From: the human T2T-CHM13v2.0 reference genome, Homo sapiens
Length of the DNA: 64,000 nt
Strand: one strand, 5' to 3'
NCBI RefSeq assembly: GCF_009914755.1
Contig: NC_060938.1
Below, piece by piece: positions 12,960 to 28,410 of the stretch. Below the pieces are notes generated by a model. The model did no database searches and was not told the DNA's origin. It saw only the letters and a program-made list of their open reading frames with translations. Each line of letters starts with the position of its first letter. Position 1 is the stretch's first letter. Both the position numbers and the translations under genes were made by a program.

Positions 12960-13370
12960 GAGATATCACCAGTCAGGTGTCCTAGGAAGCCGACTCCGAG
13001 TTGGAGATTTGCATGCAAGGAGGTTGAAATGATATTCCCAACACCTGTGGAAGAGTGAAAGCAATAGGATTGGGTGGAGCAGGAAGTCGGCTGGAATGCA
13101 ATCACTATCATGGCCGCAGTCCACTCTACAGGGATCTTGGTGAGTTTACCTAATGAACTCGAATTGGAGCAAGAAAACCAGGCCATTATATTTCTGTACC
13201 AAGCAGTTCTCGGATGTGGGATGCCTTGAGAAGGGACATGAACTTGGATGAAGGAACTTTACTGTGCTGTGAGTATTGTTGCCAGGAGTCAGCTGTCAAC
13301 ACTCCCAGGAGACGGGAAATTATGCTTTAGTCACTGAGGCAGCATCTAGTGTCAGACCACAGCCTTGTTA
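12960..13370 (-). mobile_element. Old ERVL LTR (LTR16-like)
   Basis: 'ggaagccgactccgagttggagatttgcatgcaaggaggtt' and 'ggattgggtggagcaggaag' resemble LTR16/33-type LTRs. Confidence 0.4.
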
Positions 13371-13768
13371 AACAGAGCCAGAATTTGGAGGATGGTTGGT
13401 GGGTTTAACATTTGGGGCTTGACATCTTGTCCCCACAAGCTGCTGATGGCCTCTTCCTTGTCCATTTCTGTGTGGCCTGTTTAGGACCCCCAGCTTCCTG
13501 CTTCTTCTTTACCATATTTGGAATGCAAAAATCTACACGTAATTTGGCCCATGGTCCCTTCTGCTTAGACATATCCTTGTAGCTATTTTTTTTAAAAGAC
13601 GACTATGCCTTCTAGAATATTTCTAAGAAACTGCCTAAGTCACCACTGCTCACCAAGAGGCCTTTGTTTTTTCCTCTTCTTAACCATGGGAAAGGAATGT
13701 AGGAGGGTAGGGAGTGGATATTTTCTAACCTGGAAAAAACTCATTTTACCCTATATAATTTTTGTTAG

Positions 13769-14336
<568 letters not shown>

Positions 14337-15299
14337 TCATATATCCCCTGTGTTAGACCAAGAGCTTGTAAAAGCCAGAAAACATACACCATTTATAGTT
14401 CAATTAGAGATGTTCACTGATAAAACTGATTCTTCCATCTGAGGGTGGTATTTATAGTTACAGTAATGTAGATGACAATCTAAGTTATGTTCTATAAACT
14501 GTGTCACTGACACCTCAATCTACAGCTAACTTTAATTTTTTAAAAGCAGAGGAGTGGGTTGTATAGGTTTAGAAATGCATCCATCAAGCTAGTTAAGTGA
14601 GATGGATTCAAACCTTCAACTCACTGGGATATTTACCAAATTGACTATTCATTAGCTAAAGGAGCCATATAAACAAGGTACTTTTTAAAATTCAAAATTA
14701 TGTAAGGTTTTATTTCCTTTTTATGCAGTTATGAATTCTATTGTAGAGGTTATAAGGTAAAATAAGATTACTTTTACAGTAAAACATGCAACACATTGTC
14801 ACAAGAGGGAAGCCTTTGAACATGAATTGCTTCTCAGGAATTCCTTGAAATTTTGAGACAGTTACTTTAATTAACACAACTAAATAATAAAACACTACAG
14901 AGGATCTAAGAAGATACTTTGACTTATGCATATTGTTACTTTTTTATTACTGGTAGTGGAAGATGTAATCCACAAGGAAGGCAAGGGCTGAATTTGTTTT
15001 ATGTAAAAAGACAAATTTCTTTGGGTTTTAGCTTTCAAACATCAAGATAGTAGGTCAATGTCTAAATGAGTCTATCAAATTTCTCACACTAGCACATGTA
15101 AATCCACCTCTTATCTACCCAAAACTCTAAGCAAGCAAAGGCAAGTTGGAAGAATCAGACAAATGTAAGTGCCTAGGATACATAAATGCCACTGGATTTT
15201 GTTTTTAACTTTCAACCTCCCAAGTTTCACTAAGAGACATGTTATTTGGAGAGGTTGCTAAAGTGTAGTTGTATGATGTCTCTGTGTACGGTTGGTCTG

Positions 15300-16360
15300 G
15301 ACTTCTTTCTGTCCAGTGGTTGCCCTTGACTGGTTAGAGTCACCTCTCTAAAGATCATGCTTACGTCCCTGGAGCAGTCCACAGCACTATCAATGTCTGA
15401 CCTCCACCTTTTTCCAATTAATATTTCTGTACTTACTGAATTGGAAAACATACAGGTGTTTTTTGCCTGGTCACTTGTGGTTTTACAACACTCCCCGCAC
15501 TTCCGCACCACTGTCCCAGGTGATTTTGTTGCCAGCCAAAGTGTGAGAACTACTGGCAGCTGCTGGCAGACAGCAGCAAAGGCCCAAATCCTCTGTGTGA
15601 TTTCAAGACCCCTATCTGGTTTTCAGTCATATTTCCTTCTCCTTCTCACAGCTGAGCCCACTCCTCCTGCCTCACCACCTGTAGGCTATGCTTTCCAGCC
15701 TGTGTCCAGGATTAGTCCTGATGTAAGGCACGTGGGGTTTAAGGATCTCTCTTTTCAGTCTTATTTCCGCACCATCGCTGACAGATATATTCCAGTTGTA
15801 ATCATGGGGCTACCTCCTTTTGTTTACAGTCCCATGCTCATTTTCTCTATCACATTCTACCTTGTAATAACCTAAATCTTCTGGTGGGCAAGCTTCTTCC
15901 TCAATCAAATTTGTGTTTATGATTGTGTTGGGGATTGGCTTAGTAATCCAGGTGCTGCTGCTGCCTTGAAAGCAGAGACTGCATCCTTCTGTCTGGATAT
16001 CTTGAGTTTCTGGATTGTAAACCTTATTCGGGCCCATCTTTCCTAGAATTGGAGCCTCTACTTTGTTCTTGCTACTTTAGTTCACCCAGAAAGCACGATC
16101 TCTGCCTGAATTTCAAAGTGTTGGCTAGCTTAAATATCCTTTTGTGAGACTTTTGTCTCCCTGCGGGGTGATTTTTTCAACTTAGATACCATTGCTAAAC
16201 TTTTTATCTTGAATGTAATTGAAATAGTTTTAATCTGTGTTACCAGCAACAAGAACCCCTTTTATGAGATGAAGAGGCCAGGTCAGTCTTATAACATGTG
16301 TCCCCCTCCGTGTGTTGAATTTATTTCAGAGCCAGGTTCTTTCCTATTTGACGTCTCTCA
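15300..16360 (-). mobile_element. Possible ancient ERV pol/integrase remnant
   Basis: Minus-strand VRKCGECCK (Zn-finger CxxC-like) followed by SAVDCSR (integrase AVD-like); weak. Confidence 0.3.
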
Positions 16361-16749
16361 CCAAATTCCAGTGTTTATGTCCTAGGAGGTGCCCAATAAA
16401 TTCTAGAGTTGATACAAGCTGTAATTTTAGAGAAATTATATTAGCAAGTAGAATTAGATTATATACAACCTAATCAACTTTTTTTTTTTTCTGAGGATGA
16501 CCAAGATTTGGGCTTCAGTGACAATAGTTGTCCCCTAAATATTTATACTCAAAATCTAGGATCACCAGTACAATGTTGAATAGAGGTGATGAACACACAC
16601 ATCCCTTTCTTGTCCTAATCTATGTGGTTTAAACATTTACGCTTTCACCATTAAATATAGTATTGTTTATATGTTTTGTTGTGGATGCTTTCCATCACTT
16701 CGAGAAAATTTCTTTTTCTAGCTTGCTGAGAGTTTTTATTTTTAAATCA

Positions 16750-17370
16750 GCAATAGATATTTCTCCAAAGAAAATATCCAAATGACCAACAGATACATGA
16801 AAAAAAATGCTCAGCATCACTAATCAGGGATATGCAAATCAAAACCACAAAGAGATATTGCCTCAAGCCCATTAGAATAGTCTTATTAAAAGAAAAAGAT
16901 AACGAGTGTTAACAATGAGGAGAAATTGGAACACTTCTACAGTGTTTCTGGGAAAATAAAACTGTGCAGCCTCTATGGAAAACAGTACGATGGTTCCTCA
17001 AAAAAATTAAGAAAGTAGAACCACCATATGATCTAGTAGTCTCACTTCAGGTTATTTATCTGAAAGAATTGAGATTGGGATGATTCTCAGGCTCATTGCA
17101 GCATTATTTACACTAATCAAAATGTGGAAATAAGGTTAATGTCTATTGGCAGATGAATAGATAAAGAAAATGTGGTATATTCATACAACGGAATATTATT
17201 CAGCTTTAAAACAAGAAAGCCTGTCAATATGCAACATGGATGAATCTAGAGGACATTAATGCTAAGTAAAGTAAATCAGTCACAGAAGGACAAACTGTAT
17301 GATTCCACTTGTATAAAGTATCTAAGATAGCCAAATTCATTAGAGTCACAGATTAAAATGGTGATAGCTC
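16750..17370 (+). mobile_element. L1MB/MA-type 3' ORF2/3'UTR fragment
   Basis: 'atttctccaaagaaaatatccaaatgaccaacagatacatgaaaa...tgcaaatcaaaaccacaa...acatggatgaatctagaggacatt'. Confidence 0.8.
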
Positions 17371-18618
17371 TTTAAGTTGAAGTCAATTTTGCATTCCTAG
17401 GTTTTGTAATTTTGGTATCAGGATTCTGACTCATAAAACAAGTTTGGAATTTCCCCCTTCTTTATTTCTGAAATAATTTAAAAATTTTATTTTTTTTAAA
17501 CATTTGAAAGAATTCACCAGTGAAATTCTTTGGATCTGGGGTTTGCTTATTTTTTATTTCTTTAATTTTGTGTTTTTATGTGCAGGTATTTTACAATTAA
17601 TTTAATTACTTTAATAAATGTCAATTACTTCATATGTTCCATTTAATCTTGTGAATTTTTTTATAAGTTTTTTTCAAGAAATTCACCCTTTCATCCAAGT
17701 AATGAAAATTTGTATAAAATGTTTCACAATATTCCATTATCTTGTTAATGTCTCTTGTGTCTACAACTGTACAATCTCATTAATCCCTGATATTTATAAT
17801 TTGCGTTTTCTTTCTTTCTCACAGAACTTTTGGCCATGTTGATTTTCTCCTGTTTCTGTTTTCTGTCTCATTGATTTCTAATTTCTGTTTTATTTCCTTT
17901 CTTCTACTTGTTTTGGACTTAATTTGCTCTCTTGTTTTAGATTTTCTTTTTAAGGTAGAAAATTAGTTCACTTGTTTTGAACTTCTCTTTTCTAGAATAA
18001 GTATTTATACAAAAAACTTAATCTGGGTCTGCTTAACTTTATCCCATACATTTTGATATAGTATATTTTTATTTGTATTCAGTTCAATGTATTTAAAGGT
18101 GTTTCTTATGATTTCTTCATTGAGCTAAAGGGCATTTTAAGGTGTATTTAAAACTTCCAATAGTGTACACTTTCCTGGGTAGCTTGTTTTTAACCATTTC
18201 AACTCATTTTCATTATGGTCAGAAAGCATACTTTCTATGATTACAGTGTTTTGAAACTTCTTGAGAGATATTTTGTGGTCTATAGCCTATTGATAAATGT
18301 TTCATGTGTAGCATAATAGAACATATATTCTATTGTCTTGAACAATATCGATTAGGTCAAGCTGTTGTCAAAATTATTTTATCTTAATTTTCTTTAGTTA
18401 TTCTGTCAGTAATACAGCATTATGTCTTCATAATTACTTGACATTTTATCATTGTGAAATAGCTGTCTGTTGTAATATTGCTTGTTTGGAGGTCTACTTT
18501 TTCTTATATTAATATAGCCACATAAGATTTCTTGTGCTTGTTGTTTTCTTGGTATACTTGGAAATTATTTTACTCTCAACTTATCTATACCATAATATTT
18601 GGCATGCATCTCTTATAG

Positions 18619-19089
<471 letters not shown>

Positions 19090-22000
19090 TGAACAATATT
19101 CAGGGTTCCATTTTAATTCCTTTATTGGCATTTTAGAAGAATATCTTCATATAATGTGGTGGTTCTCTAGGGATTATAATAAACATCCTAGGCTTATCAC
19201 AGTCCACTTACTGTTAATAGTCAACGTTTTCATGTAACATAAAGAAAAGTTGTGGCAAAATTTTTGCGTTTAGTCTCCTGTCAGAGCTATTAATTTAGAA
19301 TATTTTACTCTACATACATTATCAATAGTACACTTAATTTTTTATTTAAGCCATCAGTTGTTTGTTATAAAACTAAAAGAAAAAAGCCTTAGTTTTTCAT
19401 GTTTATGCACATGCCATTCCTAGAGCTTCTCCTTGCTTCCTGTAGGTCAGAATTTCCATCTGTTGTTATCTTTCTTTAGCCTAAAAAATTTCCGTTTGCA
19501 TTTCTTGTATCTAGGTCTGCTAATGACAGTTGTTCGAAGCTTTCTTTTATCTGAATAAATCTTTATTTTCTCAAGAATTACTTTTTCTAGTTATAGAATT
19601 TGGAGTTGACAGTTTTTTTTTAATTTTGAAGATGTAGTTTCATTGTTTTTTAAAGTGTCATTTCTGATGACAGGTCATCTGTCTATTTGTTTCCACGTAT
19701 GTAAATTATTTTCTCCTTCCCTTTAGCTACTTTCAAGATTTACTCTTTTTTTGCCCAGTGGTTTGAGTATGGTATGTCTTCATTTGGTTCTCTTTATTTT
19801 TATTCTGTTCTTTGAGTTTCTTAAACCTGTAAGTTGATATATGCTGACAATTAGGAAAACTTTTGGTCTTTACTTTTTCAAATAGCTTTTTCGGTCTCAT
19901 TTTCTTCTCTACTCTTTCTAGGACTCCAATTATATTAGTGCTAGACTGGCTCTATTTTTATTATTTTTCTTCCTTTGTATTAACTGTATTGGGAAATTGT
20001 ACTTGATCTGTTTTTAAGTGCACTGATAGTTTTTTCTGCCATCTTTAATTAACTGGTATGTGCATAAAATGACATTTTTATATAAGATATTCTGTCTCTC
20101 AGTTCTAAAATTTGTCCTATTATCTCTTTATCATTTTTACTTCTCTGTTGAGATTCTCCATATATTCTCTCTTATGACCATCTATTCCTTAAATCCTTGA
20201 ATATGCTTATAATAGCTTATTTTAAATTTCTTATCTTCTAATTCCAGCATGTGGGCCATTTCAATGTCTTAATCCATTGTTTATTTTTTTGTTATGTGTC
20301 AAATTTTCCTGGTTCTATGTCTAGGCAGGTTAAATTATATGTTAGATTATGTTTATGATATTTTGTAGAGATAGGGTCTTTTATTTTCCTTTGAAGAGTG
20401 ACTCTTTTCTAACATTAGTCTTCTTTCTGTAGTCAAACACCAAACCTTCACTCCTGAGCTATATGCAATGGTTGAAATCTCTGCTCTGTTCTAGCAATTT
20501 AGCTGCTGTTTTCTGCTGGATTCTATGGAGTCTCTTTTTATGAATGTGAAATGTAGCAGCCATCATATATCTGAATGAAGTTTAAGTGCTGATTTTAGAG
20601 TTTTACTCTGTGACATTCTCCTCTGTGACTTTCAGTTTTGTGAGATTTCCTCCCATGTCATTCAAATTTCCCAGTTCTTCTTTTCTGTCAGCCTGGGACT
20701 CTGTGCTCTTATTCCTCAAGCTAGTAAAACTCACCGCTTTACTCGTAGACACCTAATTTTGCACAGACTGGGAAGTGTCATCAGGTGTGAAGTTGCCTTC
20801 ATGCAAATTTAAATCATTGCAATTTTCTTTATTCAATGGTCGAATACTTCATCAGTGGTTGAATATTCTACTATTTCTGCCTGTTTTCTGTTTCTCATTA
20901 CCATCAAATGTGTATTTAATTTTTTTAGAGCTAATAGTTTTTTTCCCTGCATTTGAGTTAGACCTGAGCTACTGCTACATTTTGTAATTCAAACTTTTTG
21001 TCTAACAATGTTTTAAAAAACTCTTTATTTGGAGGGAATTCTCAAATTTCTAAATACTCTACAAACATAAGTATTGGGGCTCACATTCCCAGTTTCCCTT
21101 GTAGCCAGATGTACATATGGAACATGGCCTCAGCTAATTAAGCATACCCACATATTTGAAAGTAAGAAAAGTGTTAAGAGGAACAGTAGATATCATTTTA
21201 GTTGATGCAAGGATGGAAAAAAATAACCAACTTTCACTGGTGAACTTTGTCTTCAATCATTGTTTTCCCGTGGGTAAGTGGCTAATTTTCTGGCCTAGAG
21301 GTGGAATTGGGGTGTTGGTAACAATTGATTTGATGATAACCTGCTTTTGTCTTTTCAAAAATTGCTAATCCACCATTGTTTCTGGTCCTCTTTTATACTT
21401 ATGCAGTGTATAATCTCTCATGCAAAATTTAGTTCTTTTTTTCTCAGCTTAAACTGGATTTTGATGAGCAGTTTTCACCTTCAAATGAAAGAAATGGCTT
21501 TGCTTGATGTTAGACAAAAATAACAAGAGGGAATTAAAGAAATATGTTTGTCATCTTGTAACATTAAATAAATGAAACTGAAAATTCAACAATTCTGCTT
21601 CATAAAAAAATAGAAAGTTTCTACTGGTTTTCATTGTTTTCGAAGCTATATCATTAAATGAAATTTCTGCCTCATGGAAGGTTTTTAGAACTATGCAATA
21701 ATACCATACAGACCGTTAGGAGAGAAATGAATAAAGACTGAAAGAAGTAAGCACTGTGTGGTAACGTAGATGGCACACAGTTGTGTGCGTGGAGCCCTAA
21801 TACGTTTTACCATGGAATTTATACAATAAATGTTAGTTTCCTGTGAACCTGCTAATTAATATGACTTGCACAGACATTTCCTTAACCTAAACAGTTTAGG
21901 TTTCCTGTAGATAGACTGCATGTATTCTCACCTTTAACCTTTCCATAATCTTCCCTAATTACAGATGTCAATGGTTCTTAATAGCAAAAGAACAGCAGCA

Positions 22001-22913
22001 GCTTATAAAGTTATATTATTTGTTTTTTACTAATATGTGAGGTGATTTTGTCTTTCATTTCACCTCTAGAGCTAATTATGTCTTCTAGGTTAACAAAAAT
22101 TCCAGATCATACCATCATTAGTTTAAACTTTACAATGAACTCATTATTTCCATTTATTACTAGCCTGCATTATAGCAATATTTAGCTAATGAATTCTCAA
22201 AATATTTCTTGAAAGGTGAAAGAGTACCTCAAGTAAGTGGTGTAATTAATTTATTTATCAGAATTTTAAATTAAGTGTTCTGTTTAATCTCAAAGGGGTA
22301 CCAATGAAGTTAGGGCATAAGGACTCCGTAGTTAATAAAATGGTAAGAATTAAAAAGGATTATTACATTTTTTCCTCATACTATGATGGCTATAATTTTT
22401 TAAAACAGTAGAAATGTTTAATTTTTAAAGGCTACTAGTGTATATTTCGTTCAAAGATATGAGCTCTTCAGTTCAACTTTTTGTTTGAAATTTGAACAGC
22501 TTTTTCTTGCTCTTGTTCAATACAGTTATTAAACAGTCTAGGCAGGCCTCCGGAGTTACATATGTGTATGTGGCTATGTGTGTATATATACACAGAAGTA
22601 CAAATAGCATATAATCAATTTACATAAGAATTTTGCTTTTGATTAAAATTCTTCTAAAAGTGAATATAAATTAATAGCATATGGAGCCTACAGAAATTGT
22701 CTAATAGGGAAGTAGGAAAAGATAATTTGTGAAGAAAAAGTTCGCTAAAACAGACTTTTTATTTTTACATGTAATAACATTATATTGAAGGGTTTCCAGA
22801 AATATAAAATGTTATAGGGCACTTATCCTGAGACACACGAAGGAGACAAGGGATAGAGCTAGGATGGAAGTGAAAATAAAGGACAAATAGAGATAGATAC
22901 TTAAGTGGAAATG

Positions 22914-23162
22914 AAACACTGCATGTTCTCACTCATAGGTGGGAATTGAACAATGAGAACATATGGACACAGGAAGGGGAACATCACAACTGAACCAGGG
23001 CCAGTTGTGGGGTAGGGGAGGGGGGAGGGATAGCATTAGGAGACATACCTAATGATAAATGATGAGTTAATGGGTGCAGCACACCAACATGGCACATGTA
23101 TACATATGTAACTAAACTACACGTTGTGCACATATGCTCTAAAACTTAAAGTATAAAAAAAA
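22914..23162 (+). mobile_element. L1PA 3' end fragment
   Basis: 'catgttctcactcataggtgggaattgaac...ggggagggatagcattagg...aaaacttaaagtataaaa'. Confidence 0.9.
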
Positions 23163-25077
23163 TCATCAAACAGGTGGTAATTTTAAAACATGGCTTTTCC
23201 AGGCAGCAAATTTTCTGAATGTATCACAAAAGAAGATAAATTGTGTGTATATGTAGATCATGTCAATGAAATAAACAATAAATGTTACTTATTGGAATAC
23301 TGAAAGTGGTAGATAATAAATTATTTATATTTATGGTAAAAGCAATCAACTTGATTTTTAGGGGGTTCAATGACTTCCTGAAAATATTCTCTCACAGATT
23401 TTCTCAGAGTGTCTAGTTGGCAAAAGCACAGCTCCAAATAGCTATTTCTGTCAACGTCTACAGAACATTTACAGTTCGATTTCCAAAAGTTTCCATTTCT
23501 ACTGACCTTACAAATTTGTAAAATGAATGCCCACCAGGACAAAATATTAAGTGATAAAATTAATTGCATCCTACAAGTGAAAATCTAGGCAAGGAAAATC
23601 TTCTTCCTTCTTAATGAATGATTTTTATGTCTCTTCATTCTTGTCCTTCTAGGTAGAGCAACACTCTGGAGACCTTCTTTTGAGGCATTTCACCACCAGA
23701 GTAAGTGTGATGTATGACTAATTAGTCCATCCACAGGGAGTTGGTGAAATTAAATTGGAAGTTATTTCCTAATTGGCGTATCTTGGAGTAAAATTAATCT
23801 AATAACAGCTTTCGTAAGAGAGCATAAGCTTAAAAGACAACATTTTTCATTCAACTTTACCAAACAAAGTGCAAATTTAGGTGTCCAGTTGTGAAGTTTG
23901 GTTGTGTGAGGATTGTACGGTGAAGGTACCAGTGGACAACAGTTGCTCATCAAGCAAGTTTATACAAAAGCTTTCAGACAAGTCCAACTCTAGATAAAAT
24001 TCTAAAGTATTTCATGCTTGTTTTCAGAGTTTCTTTTTCTCTCTCCAAGGTAACCCACATATCAAAAGACATATGGGTTTTGGGTAGAACTTCCTAAAAT
24101 TGCTGGTGAGAAGTGTGCCATGCATAAGCATACTTCACTAGCTTGAATTTTCTCTTAGTCTCACAGGAAACAATTATAATCCTGTATGCTTTTCTATCTC
24201 CACACACTCCTGAACATAGAAAGACCAAGTAACATCCCTGGTTAAGATGTGTACAGGTTACAAGACATGTCTAAATATATTCACCAAGAGGTTTATTATT
24301 TTCACAGTGGCATTCACTAAATAAGTTGTCAGTGTAGCAATACTCAAGGAATAAGCAGGGTCTTTAATTTATCAAAGTTTGGAGTGCACCCCAAGTTGGA
24401 CCACTGAAGCACATAACTATAGATAAGGTCACTCAAAAGCACAAATCCAGGTAATAAATATTCACTAGTAGTTTATATGCACTTAGCAATTTGAATGCTG
24501 GGAAGTGTAGCCCAGAAAATCAATCGACATGAAGCTATTAAAGAGGCATTCATGGCACCTGCACTTTGAATCTCTTCAGACTCAGGTTAAACAGGAGACA
24601 CGGTAGCTGATGTATAGTGCAAAAACCCTTCCTCTTTCCTTTTTTATCTATGAACCTGCCCTTTTCAATGTTGTCTAGATGCCTGAAGGTATGAATACCC
24701 TTGATCTTAGTAAAAAATCGTACCACCCATCAGCAAAATCTCACTGATCAGTGTCTATGTTACCTCACCGAGTTAGCCTTTTGTGTTGTTGTGGCACAGG
24801 ATGACAATGTTGACACAATCCAAACCAGTAGTTGGAAAGTTAATGTTGGATGCGTCTTTGACAATTGATGGAATGACCTGAAATCAAATGTGAGGCAGTG
24901 GAGACACCAGAATGTTATTCAGGAAGTTAGTGATCTGTGGAGATACTAAATGAAATATCTGGAAGGAATTGTAATCTTGCAACTATGCTTTTATGTGTTT
25001 TTTGACATAAACAGTTTCTATTTATGGTGGAGCTAGAGTGTCCATTTCCCATGAAGTTCCCATAGTGTTAACTAATA

Positions 25078-25446
25078 CAGTCGTGTGTCACTTAATGAGA
25101 GGGGTGTGACTGAGAAATGCATTGCTGGACAATTTTATTATTGTATGAACATCACAGAGTTTACTTACACAAACCTAGATGCTATAGCTGATTACATACC
25201 TAGGTTAGGTGGTATAACCTATTCCTCCTAGGCTACAAACCTGTGCAGCATGTTACTGTACTAAATACTGTAGGCAATTGTAACATAACAGTTAAGTATA
25301 TCTATACTTATATATATACAGTAAGTGTATCTATACATGTCTAAACATACAAGAGGTACAGTAAAAATAGTGTTATGATTTTATTGCACCACTGTCATAC
25401 ATGTGCACTATCCTTGACCAAAATGTTGTTATGTGATGCATGATTG
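25078..25446 (-). mobile_element. Tigger3a (TcMar-Tigger MITE)
   Basis: TA-flanked, with TIR-like ends 'cagtcgtgtgtc' and 'gatgcatgattg'; core 'ctaggctacaaacctgtgcagcatgttactgtact'. Confidence 0.8.
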
Positions 25447-26383
25447 TAACAAAAGAATTAATTAAAGATAATATTGAAGTGCCTATTGAGATTTCAATGA
25501 AGAAAGGAATATTTGTAAATTCTGATTACCTTAAGTGGGAATTGACTTTCTTCCTGTTTCCATGGCTGTTCTTGTGAAAGAGCATAGCTTTCCAAAGACC
25601 TGAAGTCTCTGACAAATCTTGCAATTCTCTATAGCCTGAATTATGAAGGTCACTTGGTATCAAATGAGGCAAAATGGTAGATTATAAAGACCTGTACTTT
25701 CTTGTCAGTTCCTAAACATAGCAAGCATTGGTCTATCTTGAACATTTCTGCAGTTATAAATGAGCCTTGGGTCATGATTTTCTGCCTTTTTATCGTAGAC
25801 AAGATTTAATTTAGGAGATGTCCTTTTAATGCGTAATGTGAATAGTAAGTGCCACTTATGAAGCCTATTTTCTTCCAGCCATTTTAATTGTCAAATCTGT
25901 CCAGTCAAGATGCATTGTTAGAGGCTTCACTGACAACACCGTCTGTGTGTGTGGGTGTGTGTGTGTGTGTGTATACATGCATATGATTGAGCAGGATTTA
26001 TTGTAAGTCAAGACAGCCTCAAATTTCTTAGGACAATACAGCTTCCTTGGCCATTCCCTTGGAGCTCTGAGTTGAGGAGCTGGTGATGTGTATTTCTTTT
26101 GCATGTTCTCCACATTATCCCTATGCAGGACTTCCATGGGCTTGGTTTTGGAACCAGTGATGAGGAAGATCATTAGAATTGTTGTTCTCAAAAAGCTTCC
26201 TCCATTCTTCTGTATAAGCAATGGCAATTTTCCCAGACCAATATTTCTTCTTTTGAAATGGTAAATTTTGAATATTAACTGGTTAGTATAATCCCATAAA
26301 ATAACAAAGTTTGAGCCCTATGATCTGTGTTTTAGGCTAAAGTTGAGTTTTATGCTAAATCATCATTTACTCCTTGTATGATC

Positions 26384-26557
26384 TTTTTTTTTTTTTTTTG
26401 AGACAGAGTCTCACACTGTCACTCAGGCTGGAGTGTAGTGGCACAATTTTGGCTTACAGCAAGCTCTGCCTCCCAGGTGCACACCATCCTTCTGCTTCAG
26501 CCTCCTGAGTAGCTGGGGTTACAGGTGCCCACCACCACACCCGGCTAATTGTTTTTT
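26384..26557 (-). mobile_element. Alu right arm only (AluY-like, 5'-truncated)
   Basis: Poly-T through 'cacccggctaatt'; no left monomer. Confidence 0.85.
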
Positions 26558-28189
26558 AAGATTAAGGGCGAAATAAAAGCTGCTCCCCTATATTACATTC
26601 ATAAATCAGAATTATTAAAGCAAGCTATTTATTTATTAGAAACGCTCCAAATTTAGCATCTAAGACATGACAGCCTTTCAAGAGACATCAATTTACTTTT
26701 TAGGGTCTATAGCTATATTTGTATTCATGTTATTGGTGTCCATAATATTTCATTAGATGTTCTGGGTAAATTGATAAATGAAAATAATGTATGTGATAAG
26801 GAGAACAACCTAGGCCTCCCGGAGGGCCCCTTACAACTCAGCTGGTGTTAGCAGAAATGCCTGGGTGTAACAGTGAGAAACAATCTTTCAAAAGTGTTGA
26901 GCAATTTTTCAGGCAGAGGAATATGTATACCAATCCAGGCAGCAAGATAAGTGGAGGTCAGTTAAAAGATCAGGGTGTGATTGCATTTTTTTTTTAGGTT
27001 TCTACTGAGAGGAAATATAACACTCAGTTATTATTTTCTCCGCATATCTCTGGTTATTTTGTCACAACCTTTTATGTAAGCTACTACCAAACACTGGGTT
27101 ATCCAAGATCTATGGGTCGTATTCAATATTTGCTTTTCCCTCAACTACTAACACATTTGATTCCGTTTGTAACTTTCTCCCCTATTTCTCCTTTCAACCT
27201 GTTTTCCTCAACCACACTGAGTTAATAAGCTTCCTATATACTCTCATAACCTGTTTTATCTAAAGAGATTTCCTTTTTCTAGTATTATACCCATCTCATT
27301 CCCTAATTTATTTATTCTTATTTCTCTCTCTATTTTTTATTCTTTTAGGCACAGCTCATGTCTCATGACTTTCAAAAAGTTTTTCTTCTGATATTCCCAG
27401 CTCGAATTAGGTACATCCCAGTTTCCTTAGACTTACAACTCTGCATATTATTGGCTTGCAATCTGTCTTAGGCTGGGAATTAGCTCCTTGTAGGCAGGGG
27501 CTAGAATTTATTTACTCTTATGTCCATAATGCCTGACACAGGAACTATTCTCACATACAAATTGTAGGGCCATAATTCCTGAGAACATATGTACATTGTA
27601 GTGACTCATAAAGGCTTGAAATAAATTTTTAAAATGATTAATTGGGAAGTCCATGAACTTGACATCTTGATATAGAAGAAAAGCAAGGGCAGATGAAGAA
27701 GTTATACAGGATACTTGAAATACCAGAAGAATATAATCAGAGAGCAATAAATTAATCCTAGATTTTTAGATGTGAAGAAGTTCTGAGAAATATTTGAAGA
27801 CATGGCTCTAGGGATGAGTACATAACAGAGACCAGTAGCCAGAGTCAGAGCTTTTCAGAGTGAAGAAATTGCATTGCAGGGGGAAGGACTGTTGTATACT
27901 AAATAGAAATTGTCATTAAATTGAGACTAAGCAAGAGGCTGATGATCTGTGGATGACAGAAACAAAAAGGTGTGGAGATAGAGGTAAATGCCATAATCTA
28001 CAAAGAAGATATTTTTGTGCCAGAAAGAAATAATAGGTCTAGAACGTAATAAAAGATAAATAGTTAACTACATTGTAATGTGGTCTGAGAACTCACTGAA
28101 GGCATAGCCATTGATATTAACTTCCACTTCACTTCCAGACAAAAGATTTTAAATATCTTAAAAATTCCATTTGATATTGTATGATTCAT

Positions 28190-28410
28190 CAAGACAGAAA
28201 GTAAAGCTGTAGTTGCACTGGGAGGGCGGGGAATGGGGAGTCACTTTTTAATGGGTACAGGATTTCAATTTTACAAGACAAAAAGAATTATGGAGATGGG
28301 TGGTGGTGATGCTTGCACAACATTGTGAATACATTTAATGACACTGAATTGTATACTTAACAGTGGTTAAGATGCAAATTGTTGAGTGTGTTTTGCCACA
28401 GTTAAAAAAC
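28190..28410 (+). mobile_element. L1MB-type 3' UTR end
   Basis: 'ggagatgggtggtggtgatgcttgcacaacattgtgaatacatttaatgacactgaattgtatactt'. Confidence 0.75.

Noticed and set aside
15357-15875. 172-aa plus-strand ORF
   Set aside because: No recognisable domain; probably the antisense of a decayed ERV remnant.
24780-24900. Possible minus-strand exon beginning after 'catttgatttcag'
   Set aside because: No convincing donor site and no recognisable peptide.
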